Positions 28,554-37,183 of a stretch of DNA of 64,000 nucleotides are shown in pieces (positions within the stretch are counted from its first letter, which is position 1; the number at the start of each line of letters is the position of its first letter). This stretch comes from Candidatus Doudnabacteria bacterium. Lineage in GTDB: Bacteria; Patescibacteriota; Doudnabacteria; UBA920; O2-02-FULL-48-8. Where the stretch lies: the NCBI GenBank assembly GCA_039931165.1, contig JBDTSL010000001.1:2214-66213 (forward strand), given 5' to 3'. The notes below the pieces were generated by a model. The model was not told the origin of the DNA. It saw nothing but the letters and a program-made list of their open reading frames with translations, and did no database searches. The position numbers were made by a program, and so were the translations under genes.

Positions 28554-29465
28554 CTACCACTTATACACCGCAAACACCCAGTCCAATAGATCTTGAGTAT
28601 CGGTTTCCCGGTTGTCACTGCCCAGCACTATTGTGACAATCTCGTGGCCTGAGTGATTTACAAGAACGATCAGATTACCCAGTGCCTTCGAGGTAAATCC
28701 GGTTTTAATGCCTGCGACTTGCGGATCATCCAGCAGTAGTTTGTTCGTAGAGTGAAGCTCGTGCGAATATTTACCGTCAGAAGAAGTGATCGAAGTTACC
28801 CTGGTGGCCACGATCTTCCGCAGGAAATCATACTTCAGAAATTCCTGGACGATTTTTATCAGATCCAGACTATTGGAATAATTTTCCTGCTTATCATACC
28901 TGTCCCAGCCGACGGGGTTGGAAAAATGCGTATTTGCCAGATTCAGGTTGGCCGCTTGCTGATTCATCATGGCAGCAAATTTTTCGGGCGAACCTGCCAC
29001 GAAATCCGCCAGAGCCAGCGCCGCATCGTTGCCCGAAGGAATGAGCATGGCCTTCAGCAGATCGGAGACTTTGATTTTCTCTCCCACCACCAAACCGATG
29101 GTACTGCCAATAGGGGTTTGATCTTCTTTCTGAACAGTGACCTCAGATCTTAAATCCACACTGCTGACCACGGTCAGAGCTGTCATGAGCTTGGTCAGGC
29201 TGGCAATCGGCAATTTTTCATCCAGATTGTTTGAATACAGAATAGCGCCTGAACTTAGGTCATAAGCAAGCGCGGCTTTCGCGGTCAGATCCGGAACGCT
29301 CCGGTTTACGGCCATTTCAGGTGCCGCCGTTATGTCGGCGGCAATTGAGGATACAGTTGAATTACCGGCAACAACAGGAGTTCTGGCCGAATCACGCGCC
29401 AGATGAGGAAAAAAAGCCACAGCCAGAGCTATCCCTAAAAGCGTATAAATGATTTTGTTCAGCAT
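28554..29465 (-). CDS. dacA: D-alanyl-D-alanine carboxypeptidase (low-MW PBP, peptidase S11)
   Basis: Signal/TM, SxxK in ASLTKLMTAL, SGN in IPSGNDAA, KTG in IKTGFT. Confidence 0.85.
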   Translation of the reverse strand: MLNKIIYTLLGIALAVAFFPHLARDSARTPVVAGNSTVSSIAADITAAPEMAVNRSVPDLTAKAALAYDLSSGAILYSNNLDEKLPIASLTKLMTALTVVSSVDLRSEVTVQKEDQTPIGSTIGLVVGEKIKVSDLLKAMLIPSGNDAALALADFVAGSPEKFAAMMNQQAANLNLANTHFSNPVGWDRYDKQENYSNSLDLIKIVQEFLKYDFLRKIVATRVTSITSSDGKYSHELHSTNKLLLDDPQVAGIKTGFTSKALGNLIVLVNHSGHEIVTIVLGSDNRETDTQDLLDWVFAVYKW

Positions 29466-29467
29466 TT

Positions 29468-29519
29468 ACCCCCTCACCAAATCTTGGTACGAGGGGTTTA
29501 TCCCCCTCACCAAATCATC
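29468..29519 (+). repeat. Direct repeat of ACCCCCTCACCAAATC separated by its imperfect inverse (TTGGTACGAGGGGT), 3 nt upstream of the dacA start codon
   Basis: ACCCCCTCACCAAATC-TTGGTACGAGGGGT-TTAT-CCCCCTCACCAAATCATC. The same motif (CCCCCACACCAAATCAT and its inverse) flanks tRNA-Thr at 13607-13727. Confidence 0.7.
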
Positions 29520-29829
29520 TAAAGAGTTATCTATTCGTTTCATAAGTTGAACGAATGCTCTACGACGAAATTTAAGATTACGTTCCCTGATTCAAGCATC
29601 TTTTTCTGATTTATAGGCTTCATAATAAATAAGTTCAAATGGAATTCGTGATTTTGTTGAGAAAACTCTCCCTTCATTGTGTAATTTAAAGCGTTTTTTT
29701 AAATCTTTCGTGGAACCGACGTATTTTTGGCCGTCTTTTTTGCTTTTTAGTATATAAACATAAAACATGCGATTTGGTGCGGGGGTTTAGTTTCAAGCGT
29801 TAACAGGTTTGGTGTAATTTTAGCACACT

Positions 29830-29858
29830 TTGACAAAGATTCCTTGCGTTTATATAAT
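29830..29858 (+). promoter_or_regulatory. Consensus sigma70-type promoter TTGACA-17 nt-TATAAT upstream of trxA
   Basis: TTGACA at 29830-29835 and TATAAT at 29853-29858 with an exact 17-nt spacer. An AGGA Shine-Dalgarno lies 7 nt before the ATG at 29891. Confidence 0.55.
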
Positions 29859-29890
29859 ATAAAGACGATTAAGGCGGATGAAAGGAAAAA

Positions 29891-30214
29891 ATGGAACTAA
29901 TTTTAACTGACGCGAACTTCGAGGCCGAGGTTTTAAAATCCGATAAACCGGTGCTTGTGGACTTTTGGGCCGAATGGTGCGGGCCGTGTAAAATGGTGTC
30001 GCCCGCCGTGTCCCAGCTTGCGGAAGAGATGAAGGACCTTCTGAAAGTCGGCAAACTGAATGTCGATGAAAATCCTAAAACGACCCAAACCTATCAGATT
30101 TTCAGCATCCCGTCGCTGAAAGTTTACAAGGACGGCAAAATCCTCGGCGAAATGGTAGGCGCCATGCCCAAAGCCGTGATTGAGATGAAATTAAAAAGCA
30201 TCCTCGGCATATAA
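29891..30214 (+). CDS. trxA: Thioredoxin
   Basis: 107 aa with the WCGPCK active site. Confidence 0.95.
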   Translation: MELILTDANFEAEVLKSDKPVLVDFWAEWCGPCKMVSPAVSQLAEEMKDLLKVGKLNVDENPKTTQTYQIFSIPSLKVYKDGKILGEMVGAMPKAVIEMKLKSILGI

Positions 30215-30264
30215 GGTTATAAAAGTCATGAGCATGCTCATGACTAAATAAAATAGAACATAAT

Positions 30265-30293
30265 AAAAAAACGGACCTTAGGTCCGTTTTTTT
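30265..30293. terminator. Bidirectional intrinsic terminator (aacggacc-tta-ggtccgtt + T7) between trxA and the P-type ATPase
   Basis: Perfect 8-bp stem, A7 upstream and T7 downstream. Confidence 0.7.
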
Positions 30294-32649
30294 ATGTATG
30301 CCTGATTTGCCGGGCTTTCAGCCAAAACCATTTCACGATACCGAATTGGACGGCGCAATAGGAAAAAATAACTATTAAGAATGAAGTGATGTTTATTCCG
30401 GCCGTGTAATTAAGATCAAAAAAATCAAGCATCAAAGGAACTTGGAAAATGAAATAAAGCAGAATCACGGCACACACGCAGAATCCCGCAAACATTATTT
30501 TTTGGGCTCGGGTCGTCATACCGATATACACGCTAGGCGCAAATATAAAAAATATAGTGTTGAAAACAATGAAAGCGAATATCACGTTTGAGTTCGATCC
30601 GCCGGTTTTTAAATACGCGGTGCTTTGAAAAAAAATGATAGCGGCGACAATTGCCTGAAAAAATCCGCTGACCACCGCGAAAGGCAGGACTCTGCGTAAA
30701 AAAGGCTGAACGCTCGGCAAGCGTGGTTTCTCTGTGGCATACACGGCCCAATAAAAAACCATCATGCTGGGAAATCCAATCCCGAAGTAATCGATCAGGG
30801 TGATGTTCAGTGGAGTCAGCGGAAAAGTGTGATTCAAAACGCTTAATATAATAAAGAAGAATAGTCCGCTCGCGACTTGATTAAAAAACAAACTGGCCAT
30901 GATCTCTATGTTGCCGATGATATTGTCGGCCAGCTTCACCCCGCCAGGAAGGGCCAGGAAACTATTATTGGTAAGAACCACCGCAGCCAGCCGCCTGGTT
31001 GCCTGCGCGCCGTCAAACATCGCGATCCCGAGATCGGCTTTCTTTATAGCCAACGCGTCATTCGCCCCGTCCCCGACCATGGCGGTAAACCCGATTTTTT
31101 TGAGCGCTGTGATAATTTTTTCTTTTTGCTCCGGATTTATCCGCGCGAAAATGTGATAATTCCCGGCCTTGGCGTTATACTCCTCCTGGGTCCAGGATTC
31201 CATTTCCTGCCCCAAAATTATTGCTTCGGAATTTTTTACTCCTGCGGACAAGGCCACGGCGCTGACGGTCTCCGGATTGTCGCCCGAAATAATCCTGATG
31301 ATCACGCCGCGTTTCTGAAAAAAATCGATCACGTCCCGGATGCCTTCGCGAAGATTATTATAAAATATAAAAACGGCAACAAGCAATAACTTGGTTTTTA
31401 TCAGGTCCTTCGGCAAACCGTAAGTTCTTGTTTTCACCACACACAGGATCCTTTTCCCGCCGCTTGTATTGTCTTTTAAGGTTTGTTGAAGCCACAGTTT
31501 GTCTTTTTCATCAGCCAAATGCGGCAGGACCACATCATCCGCTCCGACGATGACGCTTACGTCTCCTCCGGCATTCTTGGCCGTCACCGCTCCGAATCGT
31601 CTCTGGGAGGAAAACGGGACATACTCGTTTGTATTGGCCACACGCTTGAATGTAAAGAACTTGGTAAGCGCCTGAACCGATTCCGTGGAATCATTTGACC
31701 CGTTCAGGTAAGCTTTAGTGAGCTCTTCGGCCTCTGTTTTCTGGATCCAATCCGGGACAAGCATTTTTTCGACAACAAGTTTAATTTCCGTCAGCGTTCC
31801 GGTTTTGTCCAAACAAAGATTTTTAATCCGCCCCAATTTTTCGGTGGCGTTTATTTCCTGCAGAAGCACATGTTTGCGGAACAGGTTGACGGCCCCATAA
31901 GCAAACAGGATTGTGGTCACCAGCACCAGTCCTTGAGGCACCAGCAGACTGGTCAGAGCCGCAACGTTTTTTACCACGCTGACCACCGGCTGATGAACCA
32001 AGATACCGCGCCCGATGATGAACCCGAGCACGAATATCAGCAAGTAACCGGAATATTTTATCGCTCGATTGATCGAGATCTGGATCGGACTGAAATTCCA
32101 GGTGTATTTTTTGATATGTTTCGTTATTTGGGAGATCCTGCTGTCGGCAAACGGAGTCTCAACCTTGACCATGCCTTTGCCGGCGGTCACAATTCCCCCT
32201 GCTTGAACTTTTTCGCCTGTAAGCCTGAGCATTGAGTTCGATTCTCCGGTCAGAAGCGCGTTGCTGACCTCGATGCCTTCGGAACTGATGAGGGTACCGT
32301 CGCAAGGCACCTGGTCTCCCAGTTTTAATTTGACCCGGTCCCCTTTTTTTATTTCTTCGGCCAAGACCGATTCTTCGGTCCCGTTCTGATTAACGCGCGC
32401 TACCCTCAGAGCCGTCAGCATCTGCAGTTTTTCCAGCATAAGGCGGGCACGAATATCCTGAACCAGACCGATCACGATCGCGACTACGATAGCAATTAGC
32501 AGAAAAAACGCCACTTGTGTTTCGTGATAAATAAAAAGCATTATTATCACAAGATAAATAATGACGTTGGTGATCAGGACCACATTCCGGAAAACTATCG
32601 GGCCGATATCCTGAAAGGTCCTTTTATAATGCTCAAATGCGTGATCCAT
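30292..32649 (-). CDS. Cation-transporting P-type ATPase (P2-like)
   Basis: 785 aa with phosphorylation site CLDKTGTLT, hinge MVGDGANDALA, and TGES in the actuator domain. Confidence 0.85.
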   Translation of the reverse strand: MDHAFEHYKRTFQDIGPIVFRNVVLITNVIIYLVIIMLFIYHETQVAFFLLIAIVVAIVIGLVQDIRARLMLEKLQMLTALRVARVNQNGTEESVLAEEIKKGDRVKLKLGDQVPCDGTLISSEGIEVSNALLTGESNSMLRLTGEKVQAGGIVTAGKGMVKVETPFADSRISQITKHIKKYTWNFSPIQISINRAIKYSGYLLIFVLGFIIGRGILVHQPVVSVVKNVAALTSLLVPQGLVLVTTILFAYGAVNLFRKHVLLQEINATEKLGRIKNLCLDKTGTLTEIKLVVEKMLVPDWIQKTEAEELTKAYLNGSNDSTESVQALTKFFTFKRVANTNEYVPFSSQRRFGAVTAKNAGGDVSVIVGADDVVLPHLADEKDKLWLQQTLKDNTSGGKRILCVVKTRTYGLPKDLIKTKLLLVAVFIFYNNLREGIRDVIDFFQKRGVIIRIISGDNPETVSAVALSAGVKNSEAIILGQEMESWTQEEYNAKAGNYHIFARINPEQKEKIITALKKIGFTAMVGDGANDALAIKKADLGIAMFDGAQATRRLAAVVLTNNSFLALPGGVKLADNIIGNIEIMASLFFNQVASGLFFFIILSVLNHTFPLTPLNITLIDYFGIGFPSMMVFYWAVYATEKPRLPSVQPFLRRVLPFAVVSGFFQAIVAAIIFFQSTAYLKTGGSNSNVIFAFIVFNTIFFIFAPSVYIGMTTRAQKIMFAGFCVCAVILLYFIFQVPLMLDFFDLNYTAGINITSFLIVIFSYCAVQFGIVKWFWLKARQIRHT

Positions 32650-32767
32650 GAGAAAGTTTATTTTTATTTTTTTCAGTGTAAATATACTGATAATATATCA
32701 GATTTAAGACGATAAATATAGCGAGTATTGAGTAACTAAGCGATTTTTGATACAATTATCAGGCTTT

Positions 32768-32842
32768 TGGGGAGTAGCCAAGTGGTAAGGCAGGGGCCTT
32801 TGAAGCCCCCATCCGAAGGTCCGAATCCTTCCTCCCCAGCCA
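32768..32842 (+). tRNA. tRNA-Gln (anticodon TTG), CCA encoded
   Basis: TGGGGAG-TA-GCCA-AGTGGTA-AGGC-A-GGGGC-CTTTGAA-GCCCC-CATCC-GAAGG-TCCGAAT-CCTTC-CTCCCCA-G-CCA. Confidence 0.85.
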
Positions 32843-32982
32843 AAAAGAATGAACTAAGTTTTATAACGAAGGATTCGGACGGGCAGCAGTGAGACGAGGC
32901 CTAAGCCGAAGTCGAGCGCCGATGAAAGCGAGTGCACGCAGCTTTCAGCGCTGCCCCGTATTTGAGAGCTTAAGCGCGAATC

Positions 32983-33005
32983 CCGAATCCTTTTCGGTTT
33001 TTTTT
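32983..33005 (+). terminator. Weak intrinsic terminator (ccgaa-tcctt-ttcgg + T8) ending the tRNA-Gln downstream region
   Basis: 5-bp stem followed by eight T. Confidence 0.35.
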
Positions 33006-33022
33006 ATTTCTATTTACTTATT

Positions 33023-34594
33023 TCAGTTACTATTTTCTATCTCGCCGCCGAGGATTTTCAGTGCCGATTCTACGGTTTCATTTGGAGTATCAACTGCCGT
33101 ACTACCGGGCCAGTCTTTGGCCATAACCGGCTTGACCATCAGTTTAATGCCTGCGACTTCCTCAATCACCTGATCGACAATGATCCTGTTCTTGCGCGCT
33201 TCGATCGCGTCTTTGTGGAATTTATACGGAAAAGTCAGGATCAATTCTTTGCCGATCACTGCCTCGGGCTTGGATAATTTCAAACTGGAGATCAAAGAAT
33301 GATTGTAATCCTTGATTTTTTCCAGAATTTCCGGCCATTTTTCTATGATAGCTGCCAACTCCTCATTACCATCGCGAGCCTGCGAAGCAGGCGCGGCGAT
33401 CTTTTCTTTTGCTAAGATTGCTTCGTTGGCCGCAAAATCAGACCCTTTGGAAATCGGCCTCCTCGCAATGGTACTATTTTGTTCTGCATCAATCCGCGTT
33501 AAGTCTACATCTGTGAGTGTTGTTGTTGCCTCCACCGCGGCCAATTCCAAAGGCAAGCTTTGGACCACAGCCCATTTGATCTCGCTTTCGGCTTTTTGAA
33601 AGATCTGAATGATTTTCGTCAGCCTAGCCAGCGGCAGGCTGTCGGTCTGCTTTCTCAAATTTTCCTGCACGTCCTTGGTGAAGCCAAAGTCAGAAACGGC
33701 GCCGACTTTGAGCAATAAAATTTTGCGCAAATATTCCAGAAAGTCCTTTTCAAACTGGTACAGATCGCGTCCTCCGTACATCAGCTTGGAAATAAAGCCA
33801 ACCGCTTCCTGGGTTTGATTGCCGATGAGCAGATCTAAAAAATTACCCGTGGTTTTAATTCCGGTCAGTCCCAGGATCTGTTCCACCATCTCTTCAGTGA
33901 CCTGCTCTTCGGAGTAATTGATGACCTGGTCCAGAAGCGACAAACCGTCGCGGAAACTGCCGTCCGCCGCCGCGGCGATTTCCATCACAGCCCCGTCCGT
34001 AATGCTGACTTTATTGTCTTCGGCCACAAACTTCAAAAGTTTGGTCAGATCGGCGATGCTGACTTTTTTAAAATCAAACCGCTGAGTGCGGGATATGATC
34101 GTGGCCGGGACTTTATTTATCTCCGTCGTGGCAAGTATAAACACAGCGTGCTTCGGCGGCTCTTCCAAAGTTTTCAGAAGCGCGTTGAACGCGCCTTTCG
34201 AAAGCATATGGACCTCGTCGACGATGATGACCTTGTAGGTCGCCTTAGTCGGAGCAAACTGCAAATGCTCGATCAGTTCGCGGATATTGTCGACTCCGGT
34301 GTGGGATGCCGCGTCGATCTCCAGCAGATCCAGGCTGGTGGCCTCGAAAAACTGCCGGCAGACGTCGCATTCGTTGCATGGTTCCGATCCTTGTCTGTTG
34401 GTGCAATTGATCGCGCGCGCAAAAATCCGCGCCAGCGTGGTTTTGCCCACTCCTCTGGGGCCCGTGAACAAATACGCGTGGCCGACGCGATTATTGGCCA
34501 CGGCATTGGCTAAAGTGGTTTTGATATGTTCCTGATTGACCACGGAAGCGAAATTCAGCGGCCGGTATTTTCTGTATAGAACTAGATTGGACAT
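33023..34594 (-). CDS. dnaX: DNA polymerase III subunit gamma/tau
   Basis: Walker A GPRGVGKTT, a zinc-module cysteine cluster CTNRQGSEPCNECDVC, and the motif IIVDEVHML. Confidence 0.9.
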   Translation of the reverse strand: MSNLVLYRKYRPLNFASVVNQEHIKTTLANAVANNRVGHAYLFTGPRGVGKTTLARIFARAINCTNRQGSEPCNECDVCRQFFEATSLDLLEIDAASHTGVDNIRELIEHLQFAPTKATYKVIIVDEVHMLSKGAFNALLKTLEEPPKHAVFILATTEINKVPATIISRTQRFDFKKVSIADLTKLLKFVAEDNKVSITDGAVMEIAAAADGSFRDGLSLLDQVINYSEEQVTEEMVEQILGLTGIKTTGNFLDLLIGNQTQEAVGFISKLMYGGRDLYQFEKDFLEYLRKILLLKVGAVSDFGFTKDVQENLRKQTDSLPLARLTKIIQIFQKAESEIKWAVVQSLPLELAAVEATTTLTDVDLTRIDAEQNSTIARRPISKGSDFAANEAILAKEKIAAPASQARDGNEELAAIIEKWPEILEKIKDYNHSLISSLKLSKPEAVIGKELILTFPYKFHKDAIEARKNRIIVDQVIEEVAGIKLMVKPVMAKDWPGSTAVDTPNETVESALKILGGEIENSN

Positions 34595-34666
34595 AGATTT
34601 GGCTCTTTAGTCTAACATAAAAAATAAACGCCGGAAAGGCGTTATCTATAACCTGCCACCTATAAC

Positions 34667-35092
34667 CTATTTTTTAAAAACAATAACCTTATACCCTATA
34701 AAATTCCAGATCAGGCTTACTCCTGTAGCCACTAGCTTTGCCGCGATCAGCCAGGCTCGGGGCGGCAAGCCGAACATCGGCGAAACATGGGAAGTAATAA
34801 AAGTTACGATAGAGGTATTGATGGTCACGCCAATGATGCTGACGATCAAAAACAAACTGAATTTTTTGCCCTGTTCTCCGCTTTGATCGGCAAAAGCCCA
34901 GCGCCGGTTCAGAAAATAACTGTTGGTCGTGGCCACGCTGAACGAAATAATGTTCAGAGGAATTATTTTGGCTCCGCCGGTGATCCCCGTAATAGCTGAC
35001 AATATCAGCAAAATACCGTAATCGATCGCGGTATTGATGATACCGATTATGACGAAACGCCATAATTGGCTGAAAGTTTTTTTGTAGTCCAT
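34667..35092 (-). CDS. GtrA-family membrane protein
   Basis: 141 aa with four TM helices. The GtrA-like N-terminus reads LWRFVIIGIINTAIDYGILLIL. Confidence 0.65.
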   Translation of the reverse strand: MDYKKTFSQLWRFVIIGIINTAIDYGILLILSAITGITGGAKIIPLNIISFSVATTNSYFLNRRWAFADQSGEQGKKFSLFLIVSIIGVTINTSIVTFITSHVSPMFGLPPRAWLIAAKLVATGVSLIWNFIGYKVIVFKK

Positions 35093-35111
35093 CGCGGTCT
35101 ACTGTCTATTT

Positions 35112-35714
35112 TTATAATTCTTCCAGTTCTGTTTCGTCCGATGCTTGCGCGCGGGCGATAGGCGCTTGCTCCAAGCCTATCTGGTCTTTTTTGATGACAT
35201 TTTCCACGGCTCCCCAGTCGGCGTCTTTGTCTTTCGGAAGCACGATAGTGACCTGATCTCCCGGTTCGGCTTTGAAATAGGTCAAGCTCGCCAACAAAAC
35301 CTTGTGAGGCTTCCCTTCAGCGACAACTTTGTACTCGCCTTTTTCATCCGAGACCAGGATACCCAAAATCTTGCGCCGCTCGATCGGGCCGATCTGTTTA
35401 TAGATAAATGAACCGTCGTCGGCTATCGTCAGTTTCAAAACGTCGCCTTCGACCAGTTTGCTTTTTGACGCATAATTGGCAGGCACCGGATATTGCTTCC
35501 CGTCAGGCCCCATCATATTCTGGCCGTCGAACATTCCTTCGATGACCTTGCCGCCCTCGGACATATTCAAAACTTGGGCTCTTTTTATGAGCTCAGAAGA
35601 CGAGTCGGATTTTCCGCCCATCATTTCACGCAACAAAGCCTTGGCTGACTGGATATTTTTTTCAGCCGACTCGATCATTTGCGCGATTAAAGCGATGTTA
35701 GAAAGATTGTCCAT
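35112..35714 (-). CDS. Hypothetical protein
   Basis: 200 aa soluble protein with an acidic C-terminal tail. No recognisable motif. Confidence 0.4.
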   Translation of the reverse strand: MDNLSNIALIAQMIESAEKNIQSAKALLREMMGGKSDSSSELIKRAQVLNMSEGGKVIEGMFDGQNMMGPDGKQYPVPANYASKSKLVEGDVLKLTIADDGSFIYKQIGPIERRKILGILVSDEKGEYKVVAEGKPHKVLLASLTYFKAEPGDQVTIVLPKDKDADWGAVENVIKKDQIGLEQAPIARAQASDETELEEL

Positions 35715-35884
35715 AAATGAAGTTTATCCACAGAAAACAATAGTATTCTACCAATTATACGACTTAAAGTTGATTTTGGTTTCCAAAAGCTTATTTTAGC
35801 TTAAACATTATAGCAGAGTTCTTAAGGAACACGCAAGTCCTCCCTGCAGAGGAAGTTTGGTGAACATTAACAAATATAACGCAT

Positions 35885-36008
35885 CTGCGAGCGGCCGATT
35901 TCATTTAGCATTATGTTTAGCGGCCGCGTGGCAGTCTATACTAATGATTAGATTGCTTCGTCGCCCCGCCCTTGAAGAATCCGTAATTTAGCGGGTCTCC
36001 TCGCAAAT
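35885..36008 (+). repeat. Family-1 structured intergenic element, copy b
   Basis: TCTGCGAG...AGATTGCTTCGTCG-CCCCGCC...GCGGG-TCTCCTCGCAAA. It shares the AGATTGCTTCGTCG and CTCCTCGCAAA blocks. An internal GCGGCCG/CGGCCGC hairpin is present. Confidence 0.55.
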
Positions 36009-36226
36009 TCGATAGATTCAGCTTTATTCACTAAACTCGTGAAGCTGTTTCTAATCAATCAAACTTTTTACCCAAGCGACAAAGGTCTGCAGGCCAAGCG
36101 TGAAGCTGTCGTCCGGCGGGTTTTCCAAGATCTCCGCCCCCTTATAAAATTCTTCGTCTTTCAATTCGACCGCGTTTTCAGCCGGGGCTTCGCGGTTTTT
36201 TTCGGTTTCCAATTTTTCCGGTGAGT

Positions 36227-36655
36227 TCATAGTTTATTTTTCTCCAAAAATTGGCTGAATTGCGGAAACTCCTGGCGCAAAACGTCCTTGTTAATTTGGG
36301 CCTTGACCGCTTCCTGCAAAATCCGGAGGGCTGTATGAGTATCAACCGGCAAAATATCCTCAACAAATTCAAGGACTTCGCCTTCCAGTAATTTTCGTTC
36401 CGAGATATGGATGCTCATCTGGATCCGCTCCGTCAAGGGGAACAATTCGTCAAAATCTTTCGTCAGATCCATGATCAATTTCAAAAAAACCTGCTCATTG
36501 TCGATAAGATTGATGTTATCCACGACTTTCTGGGCAATTTCAGCCGCGCGCTGCAAACTGATATTCCTGACCCGCAGCTGCTCAGCCAGAAAATAACAGA
36601 CGGATTTGGCGTATTGGTCATTTGGCTTGCTCTTGTTCACGTTAGTTTCCTGCAT
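36227..36655 (-). CDS. Hypothetical protein
   Basis: 142 aa helical acidic protein. Its start overlaps the upstream pilin gene stop by 14 nt. Confidence 0.4.
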   Translation of the reverse strand: MQETNVNKSKPNDQYAKSVCYFLAEQLRVRNISLQRAAEIAQKVVDNINLIDNEQVFLKLIMDLTKDFDELFPLTERIQMSIHISERKLLEGEVLEFVEDILPVDTHTALRILQEAVKAQINKDVLRQEFPQFSQFLEKNKL

Positions 36656-37139
36656 AAAAATTTAAGCCAGTGTTATTCCAGGCGGCAAAAGTGGCCACTG
36701 CTGATGGGTTGGATTGATTCTCCAGTCTGGTTGCCAAAATGTAGTCCGTTGCCAGGTCGGTGAAGAGATAATCACAACATCCGTTTCTCTTAAAGCCGCG
36801 GGCATAGTAATAACCGTATTGGGCGTCGATGTTGATCGGGTCAATTGGAATCGAAGTCAAATACGCTGGGACTAACCCAAGTGTCTTGATGTCACCATAA
36901 AAAGGACTGGTCGAAGTGCATGCTGTAGTACTGGCGCCAGTACAAGTCGGATAAAAGCCATTATCGTTAATATACAGCGCTAGTGCGGCCTGCAATTGGT
37001 GCATGTCTGTCAGCCGCTTGGCGTCCCGAGATTTGGAGCGTGCGGTTCCCAACGCAACTATGACCACAGAGGCCAAAAGCCCGATGATGGCGATGACGAC
37101 GAGCAATTCAATTAAGGTAAAGCCTTTATTTTTAATCAT
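36642..37139 (-). CDS. Type IV pilin-like protein
   Basis: N-terminus MIKNKGFTLIELLVVIAIIGLLASVVIVAL is a prepilin motif. Has C-terminal Cys pairs. Confidence 0.8.
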   Translation of the reverse strand: MIKNKGFTLIELLVVIAIIGLLASVVIVALGTARSKSRDAKRLTDMHQLQAALALYINDNGFYPTCTGASTTACTSTSPFYGDIKTLGLVPAYLTSIPIDPINIDAQYGYYYARGFKRNGCCDYLFTDLATDYILATRLENQSNPSAVATFAAWNNTGLNFYAGN

Positions 37140-37183
37140 AATATTTTATTTAGCACCTCTAATTATTCGAATCTCTAAGTAAT

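Noticed and set aside
30877-31389. 170-aa plus-strand ORF
   Set aside because: Antisense inside the P-type ATPase gene.
32889-33173. 94-aa plus-strand ORF downstream of tRNA-Gln
   Set aside because: It overlaps the dnaX 3-prime end on the opposite strand. The region is better explained as structured non-coding RNA plus a terminator.
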